A program made the position numbers and the translations under genes. 39,701 nt of DNA from a virus. This document shows positions 24,633 through 35,000 of the stretch, in pieces. The notes under the pieces were generated by a model. It made no database searches. It was not told the origin of the DNA and saw only the letters and a list, made by a program, of their open reading frames with translations. The DNA lies in IMG/VR virus record IMGVR_UViG_3300045988_055374; one strand, given 5' to 3'. Position 1 is the first letter of the stretch. Every line of letters starts with the position of its first letter.

Positions 24633-25184
24633 ATGATTATGACCGTTGCCGAACTGCGGCAGTTTGTGACAACGGGCGAGGAGGATCAGGCGCTTGAAGC
24701 ACGACTTCAGGCGCTTGAACTTCTTATCCGCGCATATACCAACAACAACTTCCAGCAGCGTGGATTCCGCGTTGAAGCTGACATCCGGGGCGGCGTGTTC
24801 ATGTCCGAAAGCCTGATTCCGTTTGCCGTGGGCGACACGGTAATGATCTCACAATCGGACTTGCAATCGGATTGCCTTTGCACAGTCAAGGAAATCACGG
24901 ATGACACTACATTCACGGTGAACGAATCGTGTGCTGATGATGATTGCATCCTTGTGACCAAGGTTGTCTACCCCGCAGATGTCAAGCTGGGCGTGGCAAA
25001 TATGCTGAAATGGCAGCTTGACAACGGGGACAAGGTTGGAGTGGCTTCAGAAACGATTTCAAGGCACTCTGTGACATATTTCGACATGACCGGGGATAAT
25101 TCCGCAGCCGGATTCCCGAAGGCTCTTACGGGCTTTCTAAGGCCGTATATGAAGGCCAGGTTCGGACGGGGGTTGAGAGTATGA
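24633..25184 (+). CDS. Head-tail connector (gp6-like adaptor)
   Basis: Position after the capsid gene. N-terminal TVAELRQFV...ALELLIRAYTNNNF pattern. Confidence 0.6.
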   Translation: MIMTVAELRQFVTTGEEDQALEARLQALELLIRAYTNNNFQQRGFRVEADIRGGVFMSESLIPFAVGDTVMISQSDLQSDCLCTVKEITDDTTFTVNESCADDDCILVTKVVYPADVKLGVANMLKWQLDNGDKVGVASETISRHSVTYFDMTGDNSAAGFPKALTGFLRPYMKARFGRGLRV

Positions 25185-25525
25185 AAGGCATCGGCGGCAA
25201 CATCACGGCAACGATCCAGGTCTACACTTCCATCAAGAATGAAATCGGCGAGAATGTGAAGTCGTGGACGGACGCGCAGACGCTCAAAGGCTGGCTTGAC
25301 CTTTCTGCCGGTGACGCACGGCATACCACCTTCAATGCCAAAATCCAAGAATCCACCCATGTCTTTGTAGCTGACTATGTGCCGCTTGACAGTCGGATTA
25401 CTGCCGAAAGTAGCAGAATGGCTATCGGCGGCAAGCGATACGAAGTCACGCTGATTGACAATCCAATGGAGATGGGCAGCGGATCACAGCTTGAAATCTA
25501 TCTGAAATACACGGGAGGTCAGTAA
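25181..25525 (+). CDS. Head closure / head-tail adaptor protein (SPP1 gp16-like)
   Basis: 114 aa. The pattern and the overlapping start/stop are typical of neck genes. Confidence 0.6.
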   Translation: MKGIGGNITATIQVYTSIKNEIGENVKSWTDAQTLKGWLDLSAGDARHTTFNAKIQESTHVFVADYVPLDSRITAESSRMAIGGKRYEVTLIDNPMEMGSGSQLEIYLKYTGGQ

Positions 25526-25526
25526 A

Positions 25527-26015
25527 ATGGCAGATGTTGAATTTATTGACAACCGCGTTCAAGTAACAAGAGCCATTGACGATGCTGTTGGCGCATTCCT
25601 GTTGGAAATCTCTGCGGAGCTTGTCTCTAAAACCATCGAAAACATTGACAAATCCGCAGTGGACACCGGCCAGCTTAAAGGATCGTTTGCGGCGAATGTC
25701 GATGAATCCAAGGGTGAAGCTGTGGTTGGAAGCCCGCTTGAAAATGCCATTTGGACGGAACTTGGAACGGGTGAATGGGCGTCAAAACGCAATGGCCGTG
25801 CTGGTGCATGGTATGTCCCTGTTGAGAAGGTCACTGGCAAGAAAAAGCCGACATTCAACGGCAAAGTCATCATCGTGTACGGCAAGGACGGCCAGCAGTT
25901 CTACAAGACAAACGGCAAAAAGCCCGTTCATATGCTGCAAAAGGCATTTGATGCAAACAAAGGCAAATTCATCCGAAGGGCTGAAGAAATCTTCAAAGCG
26001 AGGTTTGATGACTAA
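25527..26015 (+). CDS. HK97 gp10-like neck/tail component
   Basis: DTGQLKGSF motif and position in the neck module. Confidence 0.6.
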   Translation: MADVEFIDNRVQVTRAIDDAVGAFLLEISAELVSKTIENIDKSAVDTGQLKGSFAANVDESKGEAVVGSPLENAIWTELGTGEWASKRNGRAGAWYVPVEKVTGKKKPTFNGKVIIVYGKDGQQFYKTNGKKPVHMLQKAFDANKGKFIRRAEEIFKARFDD

Positions 26016-26398
26016 TGTCTAAAAATCTGCTGAAAGTCGTGTCAGACGGCATGACAGAATTGGGGCTTGAATACGAATTCGGCGAATACACCAAGGAGCC
26101 GATTGTATACCCCTATTTTGTCGGTGAGTACACGGAAACAGAGCCTATGACAGAGGACGGCTTGCAGGAAACGACCTTCATGCTGTCAGGCTTCAGCCGT
26201 GGCACATGGCTGACGCTGGAAAATGCAAAAGCGAAGATCGAGAACTATTTCAACAAGGTATATGGCAAGACGGTCATGGTTGACGATGGGTCAGCCGTGG
26301 CCGTTTTCTATGGTAGTTCTCTGATCGTCCCAACCGGGGACGAAGAACTGAAGAAAATCCAAATCAATCTACAATGCAAAGAATGGAAGGTGAGCTGA
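26015..26398 (+). CDS. Tail completion / tail terminator-like protein
   Basis: Called on position, immediately upstream of the major tail protein. 127 aa. Confidence 0.5.
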   Translation: MSKNLLKVVSDGMTELGLEYEFGEYTKEPIVYPYFVGEYTETEPMTEDGLQETTFMLSGFSRGTWLTLENAKAKIENYFNKVYGKTVMVDDGSAVAVFYGSSLIVPTGDEELKKIQINLQCKEWKVS

Positions 26399-26399
26399 T

Positions 26400-26987
26400 A
26401 TGAGCAAAGAGGGCAAGACCGGCGTATCTGCCAATACCCCCAAGAATATCATGTTCGGGGCTGGTACGATCCACAAGGGTCTGAAGTATACCAGCAACGC
26501 ATGGAACTTTGACAGCACCATTGTTGGTGCCACTTCCGGCGGCTCCAAGCTGTCCATCGTGCCGGAGATTACCAACATCGAGGTTGACGGCGCACTGGTT
26601 AAGGCCAAGGGGCTGACCGTCAAGACCGGCGAAACGGCCAGCATGGAGATCAACTTCATTGAGCTAACCAAGGACATCATCAAAACCGCCACGATCGGCA
26701 CAGACGGCACATCCGATGATGCAACAAACTATGATGTGATCGAATCCAAGGCGAATATTGCCACGGGCGATTATTGGGAAAACATCGCCTTTGTCGGCAA
26801 GACGCTGGAAGGCAAGAACATCATTGCCATTATGGACAATGCGCTTTGTACTTCCGGCTTTGAGCAGGAAGGCAAGAACAAGGAAGGCGCTGTCGGCAAG
26901 TACACATTCGAGTGCCACGCAGACCTGACCAGCGACCTGGACAAGCTGCCTTGGCATATCTACTACCCGAAGGCATCCGAAATCTGA
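26400..26987 (+). CDS. Major tail (tube) protein
   Basis: 195 aa, upstream of the G/GT chaperones, followed by a strong hairpin terminator. Confidence 0.8.
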   Translation: MSKEGKTGVSANTPKNIMFGAGTIHKGLKYTSNAWNFDSTIVGATSGGSKLSIVPEITNIEVDGALVKAKGLTVKTGETASMEINFIELTKDIIKTATIGTDGTSDDATNYDVIESKANIATGDYWENIAFVGKTLEGKNIIAIMDNALCTSGFEQEGKNKEGAVGKYTFECHADLTSDLDKLPWHIYYPKASEI

Positions 26988-26992
26988 TCTGT

Positions 26993-27034
26993 AAGGGCAG
27001 AATCACAAAATGTAAGTGGTTCTGCCCTTATTTG
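26993..27034 (+). terminator. Hairpin terminator after the major tail gene
   Basis: AAGGGCAGAA-17 nt-TTCTGCCCTT followed by ATTT. Confidence 0.6.
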
Positions 27035-27073
27035 CATTAAATGCAAAAATAATTGAAAGTGTGGTTATATAAA

Positions 27074-27511
27074 ATGCCTGAAAACATTGAAAAGACCTAT
27101 GAACTGCGCAGTCTGGAAGCTGATGACCTGTTTATCATGGTCGGCATCATCAGCAAAATCGGTGTCAAGGAATTCAAGGCTTGCTTTGAATCCAATGATG
27201 TGAAGGACGCTATCAAAGCCATGTTTAATCAGAAGGGCAATGCTGACGATGACGGCGAAAAGGCAGACGCTGACGATGACGGCTTTGTTTCCATTGGCAT
27301 TTCCGTTGCGCTGGACATCGCTGCAATCCTGATGGCGAACATCGGCAAGTGCAAGAATGACATCTATGCGCTGCTGGCCAATCTGTCCGGCATGAAAGAA
27401 AAGGAAATTGCGAAGCTGCCTATCAAGACCTTCACAAGCATGGTCGTTGACCTTGTGAAGAAAAAGGAGTTTGCAGATTTTTTTCAGGAAGCTGTAAAGT
27501 TGTTCAAGTAG
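27074..27511 (+). CDS. Tail assembly chaperone G
   Basis: Acidic protein between the major tail and tape measure genes, with a slippery T-run near its 3' end. Confidence 0.75.
   Translation: MPENIEKTYELRSLEADDLFIMVGIISKIGVKEFKACFESNDVKDAIKAMFNQKGNADDDGEKADADDDGFVSIGISVALDIAAILMANIGKCKNDIYALLANLSGMKEKEIAKLPIKTFTSMVVDLVKKKEFADFFQEAVKLFK
27478..27484 (+). promoter_or_regulatory. -1 programmed ribosomal frameshift site (T7 run, gaT TTT TTT Cag)
   Basis: Checked codon by codon: the -1 frame entered at 27484 is the frame of ORF 27559..27828 and is open throughout. Confidence 0.7.
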
Positions 27512-27828
27512 GCGACATTCAATTCTTCGATATTCTGTTTCAGCGGTATGCAAATCCAATGATTTTGTTGGATCAGATGGCAAAGACCGGGCGGCTGTAT
27601 GAGTTCATCAGCGCGGTTGTCCGCATACGCAACGAGGAACAGGAAGAAAAGGTCATGTGGGAATACTGGCTGCACAAGGATTTTGAGCGCTCCTATCCTG
27701 AATTTCTTAACGCAGCAGGTGGAAACAGTACCACGCAGGCCGAGCCGGAAACAACCAGCAAGCAGGAGCTGACAGAGATTGTCAAGCAATCTATGAAAAT
27801 AGCATCATTCGTGCCACAAGAGGAATGA
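27484..27828 (+). CDS. T part of the G-T frameshift chaperone fusion
   Basis: No convincing independent RBS for 27559. The frame is continuous from the slippery site. Confidence 0.65.
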   Translation, partial: SGSCKVVQVGDIQFFDILFQRYANPMILLDQMAKTGRLYEFISAVVRIRNEEQEEKVMWEYWLHKDFERSYPEFLNAAGGNSTTQAEPETTSKQELTEIVKQSMKIASFVPQEE

Positions 27829-27872
27829 ATTGCGGCCCCTTCCCTGCCCTATCAATTTAGGGAGGGAACAAC

Positions 27873-29612
27873 ATGGAACTTTTCAAGCTGTTAGGCACAA
27901 TCGCCGTTGATAACGCACAGGCGAAGCAGGCCATTGACGAAACTGCATCAACAGCAGATAAGGGAAGCAAGAAAACGGATTCTTCCTTTAGGAAAATCGG
28001 TGAATCGGCACTGAAAATCGGAAAGGCTGTTTTTACTGCCGGTGCTGCACTTGGCGGCGCGTGGATAGCAGCTATTGAGGGTTCCAGGGAATATAGGACA
28101 GAAATGGGCAAGCTGGACACGGCTTTTGTCACAAATGGCCATTCCTCCGAAGCGGCAAAGAAAACATACCAGGATTTACAGGCCGTTTTGGGTGATACGG
28201 ATGTATCTGTTGAAGCTGCAAACCATTTGGCTGTCATGACCGACAACGAAAAGGATTTGCAGACCTGGACGGACATCTGCACCGGCGTTTTTGCAACATT
28301 CGGCGACAGTTTACCCATCGAGGGCTTGACGGAAGCGGCCAACGAAACGGCAAAGGTCGGCGAAGTCACCGGGCCATTGGCAGACGCTTTGAATTGGGCC
28401 GGAATATCCGAAGATGCATTCAATGAAAAACTTGCCAAGTGCTCCAATGAACAGGAGCGGCAAAGGCTTATTATGGACACTCTGAACGGGACTTACAAGA
28501 AAGCGTCCGAACAGTACAAGGAAACCAATGCCGATGTCATAGCGGCGAATAGGGCCAACGAGAAGCTGACAAGCGCCTTTGCAGAATTGGGGCGTGTTGG
28601 TGAACCGATTTTGACCGCTATCAAGAATAAGACTGCTGACATGGTGGCCGCTGCTGCTCCCCTGCTTCAATCCTTTATCACGAAAATAAAGGACATGATT
28701 AAGTGGTTCAAGCAAAACAAAAACACCGTGCAGGCGTGGGCGGCTGGCATCCTTGCCGCCACGGTCACAGTGTCCGGGTTTGTTCTTGTGCTGAAGTGGG
28801 GCAGCATTATGAGCAAGGCAACCACCGCCCTAAAGCTGGTCACAGGCGGCGTGAAGGCTCTGAATTTGGCCATGAAGGCAAATATAATCGGCCTGGTCGT
28901 GTCTCTTATCATCGGCCTTGTGGCGGCCTTCGTGTACCTTTGGAAGAACAATGAAGGATTCCGCAACTTTTGGCTGAAGATGTGGGAAAAGATCAAGTCC
29001 GCCACTTCCTCCGCTGTCAAGTGGATCAAGAGCAAGTTCAACGATCTGAAGGATGTTGTTTCAAGGGTCAGAAACACATTCGGCAGTATCAAGGACGCTA
29101 TTGCTGACAAGATTGATGGTGCGCGGGACGCTGTAAAAAAAGCCGTTGATAAGATTAAGGGCTTTTTCCCATTGAGTGTTGGCAAGATTTTTACAAATTT
29201 GAAAGTCCCGAAAATCACTGTCAGCGGCGGCAAAGCACCCTTTGGCATTGCTGGCAAGGGCAAGAAGCCCAGCTTTGATGTCAAATGGAACGCTGAAGGC
29301 GGTATTCTTGACCGGCCCACCATCTTTGGCAGCATCGGAAACACGCTGCTGGGCGGCGGCGAAGCCGGGAAAGAAGCCATTGCGCCCATTGACACGCTTC
29401 TTGACTATGTACGCGCTGCTGTCAGCGCAGAAAACGAAGGAATCAGAAAGACGCTGATTGAGCAAAACCAAATCCTGATTGACTTTTTGGCCCGGTCTAT
29501 GCCACACGGCGTTATGCTGGATTCCGGCGCACTGGTTGGGGAGCTGACACCGGCGATTGATATTCAGTTGTCGGACAGATTGAGAAACACACAAAGAGGA
29601 AACACACGATAG
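27873..29612 (+). CDS. Tape measure protein 1 (579 aa, complete)
   Basis: RBS agggaggg. Core GDSLPIEGLTEAANETAKVG...LADALNWAG, two TM helices, and a C-terminal GGILDRPTIFG...GEAGKEAIAPI motif typical of TMP ends. Confidence 0.85.
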   Translation: MELFKLLGTIAVDNAQAKQAIDETASTADKGSKKTDSSFRKIGESALKIGKAVFTAGAALGGAWIAAIEGSREYRTEMGKLDTAFVTNGHSSEAAKKTYQDLQAVLGDTDVSVEAANHLAVMTDNEKDLQTWTDICTGVFATFGDSLPIEGLTEAANETAKVGEVTGPLADALNWAGISEDAFNEKLAKCSNEQERQRLIMDTLNGTYKKASEQYKETNADVIAANRANEKLTSAFAELGRVGEPILTAIKNKTADMVAAAAPLLQSFITKIKDMIKWFKQNKNTVQAWAAGILAATVTVSGFVLVLKWGSIMSKATTALKLVTGGVKALNLAMKANIIGLVVSLIIGLVAAFVYLWKNNEGFRNFWLKMWEKIKSATSSAVKWIKSKFNDLKDVVSRVRNTFGSIKDAIADKIDGARDAVKKAVDKIKGFFPLSVGKIFTNLKVPKITVSGGKAPFGIAGKGKKPSFDVKWNAEGGILDRPTIFGSIGNTLLGGGEAGKEAIAPIDTLLDYVRAAVSAENEGIRKTLIEQNQILIDFLARSMPHGVMLDSGALVGELTPAIDIQLSDRLRNTQRGNTR

Positions 29613-29646
29613 AAGGCTGCTTTCCGGTGGCCTTCTTTTATTTTAT
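29611..29646 (+). terminator. Intrinsic terminator between the two tape measure genes
   Basis: AGAAGGC-loop-GCCTTCT followed by TTTTATTTTAT, starting at the TMP-1 stop codon. Confidence 0.65.
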
Positions 29647-29672
29647 CTTCACAGAAAGTGGGTGAAGGTCAC

Positions 29673-31367
29673 TTGGAAATTTTTAAGCTACTTGGCAAAA
29701 TTGCTATTTCCGGGTCGGATGAAGCAAAAAACGAAATCAATGAAACCACAGAACACGCAGAGCGGAAAGGCTCTAAGCTTTTAAGCACAATGGCGAAAAT
29801 CGGCACCGCCGCCATTGCTGCGGGTGGTGCTGCTGTTGTAGCTATTGGCAAACAGGCTTTGTCATCGTATGCGGACTATGAGCAGCTTGTAGGCGGTGTT
29901 GATACGCTTTTCAAGGATAGTTCCGCTACGGTTCAAGAATATGCCGCTAACGCATATAAGACTGCTGGATTGTCTGCTAATGAGTATATGGAGACGGTAA
30001 CGGGCTTTTCTGCGTCTCTATTGCAATCGCTTGGTGGTGACACAGAAGCGGCGGCAAAAATGGCTGATGTTGCCATTACGGATATGTCCGACAACGCAAA
30101 TAAAATGGGTACGGACATGGCATCTATCCAAAATGCTTATCAGGGATTTGCCAAGCAGAACTATACCATGCTGGATAACCTGAAGCTTGGCTATGGCGGC
30201 ACAAAAGAGGAAATGCAGCGTCTTATAGACGATGCAAACGAACTAAATGCCGCGCAGGGCAATTACACGAATTACACCATTGAAAGCTATGCGGATATTG
30301 TCAGCGCAATCCATGATGTGCAGACAGAAATGGACATCACTGGTACCACCGCAAAAGAAGCCAGCACCACCATACAAGGATCTGTAAACTCCATGAAAAG
30401 CGCATGGAAAAATATGCTTGTCGGCATTGCTGACGAAAATGCAAACTTTGAATCGCTGACAAGCACCTTCGTTGACAGCCTTGTTACTGTTGGTGCAAAT
30501 ATCATTCCACGCATAGATGTCATTATTCAGGGGCTTACACAGCTTATCACAGAAGCGTCCCAGACAATCATTCCGTTAGCTGTGCAGATTTTACTTGAAA
30601 ACCTGCCGAGCATTGTTGCCGCAGGCATGGATTTAATCATGGCGCTTGTGAACGGCATCCTTGACAATATTGACATGCTGATTGACTGTGTGATTGATAT
30701 GGTTGATGTGATAGTTGATAAGCTGATTGATAATCTGCCGAAACTGATCGATGGTGGAATCAGGCTGATTGCTGCACTTGCGAACGGGCTGATCCGTGCC
30801 ATACCGAATTTGGTATCAAAAATCCCGCAAATCATTTCGGCTATCGTGAAGGGACTTGTCAGCGGCATTCCTTCGATTCTTGATGTCGGAAAGAACATCG
30901 TTGAGGGACTTTGGAGCGGTATCAAAAATATGGGTTCATGGATTACTGGAAAAGTAAAAGACTTTTTCGGTGGAATTGTAAGCGGGGTTAAAAACTTCTT
31001 GGGCATTCACTCCCCGTCTAAGGTCTTTGCCGGGATCGGTGGCTTCATGGCTGAAGGTTTGGGCGAAGGCTTTGACGATCAATTCAAGTCCGTAAAAAAG
31101 GACATCGAAGGCAACATGAGCTTTGACGCTGGCACTATTACGGCAGATGCAAACATCAGCAGAAACTATACAAGTGGCTCTTACGGAGCAGCAAGCACAA
31201 GCGGTGGCAGCGATTCCGGCAGAATTGTAATGCTGCTGGAACAGTACCTGCCTATGTTGGCAAATATGAAAGTCATTATGGACAGTGGCCAGGTTGTCGG
31301 TTTGCTTGCCCCAGGCATGGATGAAGAACTGGCCAAAATCAATGCAAGGAGGGCGAGGGCCGTATGA
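29673..31367 (+). CDS. Tape measure protein 2 (about 564 aa, complete, different TMP type)
   Basis: The N-terminus LEIFKLLGKIAISG parallels TMP-1's MELFKLLGTIAVDN (TTG at 29673, or GTG at 29658). Core NAYKTAGLSANEYMETVTGFSASLLQSLGGD...NAYQGFAKQNYTMLDNLKLGYGGTKEEM. GIHSPSKVF motif near the C-terminus. Confidence 0.8.
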   Translation: MEIFKLLGKIAISGSDEAKNEINETTEHAERKGSKLLSTMAKIGTAAIAAGGAAVVAIGKQALSSYADYEQLVGGVDTLFKDSSATVQEYAANAYKTAGLSANEYMETVTGFSASLLQSLGGDTEAAAKMADVAITDMSDNANKMGTDMASIQNAYQGFAKQNYTMLDNLKLGYGGTKEEMQRLIDDANELNAAQGNYTNYTIESYADIVSAIHDVQTEMDITGTTAKEASTTIQGSVNSMKSAWKNMLVGIADENANFESLTSTFVDSLVTVGANIIPRIDVIIQGLTQLITEASQTIIPLAVQILLENLPSIVAAGMDLIMALVNGILDNIDMLIDCVIDMVDVIVDKLIDNLPKLIDGGIRLIAALANGLIRAIPNLVSKIPQIISAIVKGLVSGIPSILDVGKNIVEGLWSGIKNMGSWITGKVKDFFGGIVSGVKNFLGIHSPSKVFAGIGGFMAEGLGEGFDDQFKSVKKDIEGNMSFDAGTITADANISRNYTSGSYGAASTSGGSDSGRIVMLLEQYLPMLANMKVIMDSGQVVGLLAPGMDEELAKINARRARAV

Positions 31368-32029
31368 TGGGAAAAGTATTTTTTGACGGAAAAGACACCT
31401 ACACAGAATATGGCCTGCTGCTTGCAAGCAAGTCCATTTCTCTTCCGGAAGTCCGCACGAATATGATTGATGTTCCGGGCCGGGACGGTCTGATTGACGC
31501 TTCCGAAGTGCTGACCGGCGAAGTCACCTATAAGAACCGCACCATTACGCTGAAGCTGACTGGCGTGGACACGGTGAGTGGCAAGAAATGGCCCGCCACG
31601 ATTTCTGATTTCTGCAACAAAGTCCACGGAAAGCGCGTGAAAGTGACCTTCCCCGAGGACACCGCCCATTTTTACAGTGGGCGGTGTTCTGTTGGGCAAG
31701 TGGAGCTTGTCAAAATGATGCAGACCATCCCGGTCACAGTCAACTGCGACCCGTGGAAATACAAGAACGCAAAAACCACGGTTTCCCGCTCTGACCTGGG
31801 CACGGCCTATAAACAGCTTTCGCTTCCGAATGAAAGCCGTCCGGTGATTCCCGCCATCACGGTGGCCCAGGACACCACCTTGCTTTGGGGCAGCAGCACA
31901 ATCAACATCAGCGCGGGAGATCATATTTTGCCCGCTATCCGTCTTGCGGCTGGCAACAACATTCTGAAAGCCAAAGTTGCAAGCGGCACCGGCAGTATCA
32001 CAGTTACATACCAGGAGGCGAGCCTGTAA
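31364..32029 (+). CDS. Distal tail protein Dit-1
   Basis: Siphovirus Dit pattern: N-terminal FDGKDTYTEYGLLL, then CDPWKYK, ending TVTYQEASL. Paralog of 37484..38131. Confidence 0.8.
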   Translation: MMGKVFFDGKDTYTEYGLLLASKSISLPEVRTNMIDVPGRDGLIDASEVLTGEVTYKNRTITLKLTGVDTVSGKKWPATISDFCNKVHGKRVKVTFPEDTAHFYSGRCSVGQVELVKMMQTIPVTVNCDPWKYKNAKTTVSRSDLGTAYKQLSLPNESRPVIPAITVAQDTTLLWGSSTINISAGDHILPAIRLAAGNNILKAKVASGTGSITVTYQEASL

Positions 32030-35000
32030 TGTACCAACTCAAATATAAAAACTATATCCTGTATGACCCGCGCCTTGCGGATGAAAAACTAATCATCCGT
32101 GACCCCTCTGTGAAGCTGGCGGTCAGCAAGGCCGGGGAAATGTCCTTTACGGTGGACGCAGAACATCCCTATTTAAGCAATCTGCGCCGCATGAGCGGCC
32201 TTGTGGAGCTGCTGGACGGCACTTTCCCCATATATAGGGGAAGAATCACCGGAGACACAAAAGACTTCTACGGGGCGCACAAAATCGAAACAGAGGGCAT
32301 TATGGCGGTGCTGAATGACAGCATCATTCCACCGTTCAACTTCCCAGAGGACTTTACGGAGGACACTTCCTATAAGGCCGCCGCCGCAAGCGGGAATGTG
32401 GTGGAGTTTTTCTTCCGCTGGATTCTGTCACAGCACAATTCGCAGGTGACCGCAGAGCAGCAGATCAAGCCCGGCGTGGTCACCGTGTCCGACCCGAACA
32501 ATTACATTACCCGCAGCTCTGAGGAGTACGCCACGGCGATGACCACTATTTCCGATAAGCTGTTCAAATCTTCCCTGGGTGGGAATCTGCTGATCCGTTA
32601 CGAGAATGACGGCAATTATTTGGACTATTACGCCGCGCTGCCGCTGACAAACACGCAGACGGTGGAATTTGCCGAAAATCTTCTTGACCTGTCCAGCGAG
32701 ACGGACGGTGCGGACATTTACACCGCTATTCTTCCGGAGGGCAAGGACGGCCTGACCATCGGAAATCTGCCGGACGGTGACTTGACGGATGACCTTGTGA
32801 AGTCCGGGAAAATCATCTATAGCAAGTCCGGCGTGGCTACATATGGGCGCATTACCCGGCATATCAAATGGGGCGATGTGACCGTTGACACCAACCTTCG
32901 GACGAAAGCAAAGGCAGCCTTGGCTGACAATGGCCTGTCCATGCCGGAGACCATCACCTGCAAGGCGGTTGATTTGGGCTGGCAAGAGGGCATCCAGCAT
33001 TTCCGGGTGGGCAGAATGACCGCCCTGGTCAGTACGCCCCACGGCTACAGCGCGTCCTATCCGCTGATGGAGCTTGCCCCGGATATTCTTGACCCCGGCA
33101 ACACACAGATCACGCTGGGCGCGACCCGGCGCACATTCACCGGCTCACAGATCGATGCAGTGCGGAAGGCCGAGGAAAGCGCGGGGCAAGTCCGTACCGA
33201 CCTCAACAAGAAAATCGAGGACATCGAACTTACCCCCGGCCCGGCTGGCCCTGCCGGGGCGGACGGCAAGGACGGAAAAGACGGCACCAACGGAACCAAC
33301 GGCTTGTCTGTGTGGATCACCTACCATGACGGCACGGCTACCCCGGCCACGCCCACAGGAAACGGTACTCTGAACGGCTGGCATACGGATTTGACCGCCG
33401 CCGTTGTTTGGATGTCGCAGAAGGTAGCGGCATCGGCCACGGCTGGCGCATGGGGCGCACCCATCCGTCTGCTGGGTGAAAAGGGTGAGCAGGGCATACA
33501 GGGCATTCCCGGCGAGAAAGGCGACCCCGGAGAGCAGGGGCCGCAGGGAGTGAAAGGCGATACCGGCGCAACAGGGCCTCAAGGTGAGCAAGGCCCCCAG
33601 GGAGAAAAAGGAGACACGGGAGCCAAGGGAGACCCCGGCGCAAAGGGCGATCCTGGCAAGGATGGAACGAACGGCAAGGACGGCGTGTCCCCCACGGTGA
33701 GCCTTACCAAGTCCGGCAATACCACCACCATCACCATCACCGACAAAAACGGGACACATACGCAGACCGTCAAGGACGGCACCAACGGCACACCCGGCAA
33801 GCCCGGCGCGGACGGAAAAACGCCGTATTTGCACTTGAAATACAGCAATGACGGCGGCGCGACCTTTACGACCAACGAGGGCGAGACCCCCGGCGCATAC
33901 ATCGGCACTTACACCGATTTCACCGAAGCGGACAGTACTTTGGTCAGCTCCTACACCTGGGCGAAAATCAAGGGTGAGCAGGGCGCACAGGGAAACCCCG
34001 GCAAGGACGGCAGCCCCGGGGCCACCGGCCCCCAAGGCCCACAAGGTGAGAAGGGTGCAACGGGGGCTACCGGCCCACAAGGAGAAAAGGGTGATGTCGG
34101 CCCGCAAGGTCCGCAGGGCGTTAAGGGCGCAGACGGCAAGACCTATTTCACCTGGATAAAATACGCCGATTCGCCCACCTCCGGGATGTCCGATAATCCC
34201 ACCGGGAAGAAGTATATCGGCATCGCATACAATAAACTGACGGCCACGGAAAGCACAGAATATGCGGATTATACCTGGTCGCTTATCAAGGGTGATAAAG
34301 GCGATAAGGGCGACAAGGGAGCCACCGGTGATACCGGCCCACAGGGTGAGCAGGGTGTCAAGGGTGATACCGGGGCCACAGGCCCCCAGGGGCCGCAGGG
34401 GGAAAAGGGCAACACCGGCCCCACCGGCAACGGCATCAAGTCCATCACCTATTACTACGCCAGGACGGCTACCCAAACGGCCCCTGCTGCCGCTGCTATC
34501 ACTTCCACTACCATGCCCGCCCTGGATGCTACGAACAAGTATCTGTGGCAGAAAGAGGTTATTGCCTACACCAACGGCACCAATCAGACCACCGTTCTGC
34601 TATTGGCCGTGTACGGCGACAAGGGCAGCAAGGGTGACAAGGGAGCCACTGGCGATACCGGCCCCCAAGGCCCACAAGGTGAGAAGGGTGCAACGGGGGC
34701 CACCGGCCCGCAAGGAGAAAAAGGGGCAACTGGCCCCCAGGGCGTAAGCGTCACCGCCACCACAGTGGAATATTATCTTTCCGCTTCCGGGACAGAGCTT
34801 TCCGGAGGCACATGGCAGGCCACAGCCCCGACTATCACGGACGGCATGTATCTCTGGGGGCGCACGAAGATCACCTATTCCAACGGTAAAACGGCCTACA
34901 CCGGCGCATACTGCATCAGTAAGGCCATGACCGAGAGCGCCGAACCGATTGTTAGCGAGACCCGCACGGCGGTGACAAAGCTGACCCAGGATGTGGACAG

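Larger units (their letters stand above)
33238..34745 (+). repeat. Six collagen-like G-X-Y coding tracts alternating with ~50-60-aa repeated modules
   Basis: Example: GEKGEQGIQGIPGEKGDPGEQGPQGVKGDTGATGPQGEQGPQGEKGDTGAKGDPGAKGDPGKDGTNGKDG. Modules resemble TYFTWIKYADSP...YTWSLIKG and TPYLHLKYSNDG...YTWAKIKG. Confidence 0.9.

Noticed and set aside
33145-34476. 443-aa minus-strand ORF, plus several other ORFs in alternative frames across 33057-34747
   Set aside because: They are antisense or off-frame readings of the GC-rich G-X-Y collagen repeats in Tal-1. Repeat-driven absence of stops explains them.
33238-34745. Possible CRISPR array or diversity-generating retroelement (TR/VR) behind the repeats
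   Set aside because: The repeats are in-frame coding G-X-Y tracts of unequal length, without a spacer/repeat periodicity. No reverse transcriptase or cas gene exists anywhere in the genome. The repeat mismatches are not adenine-specific.
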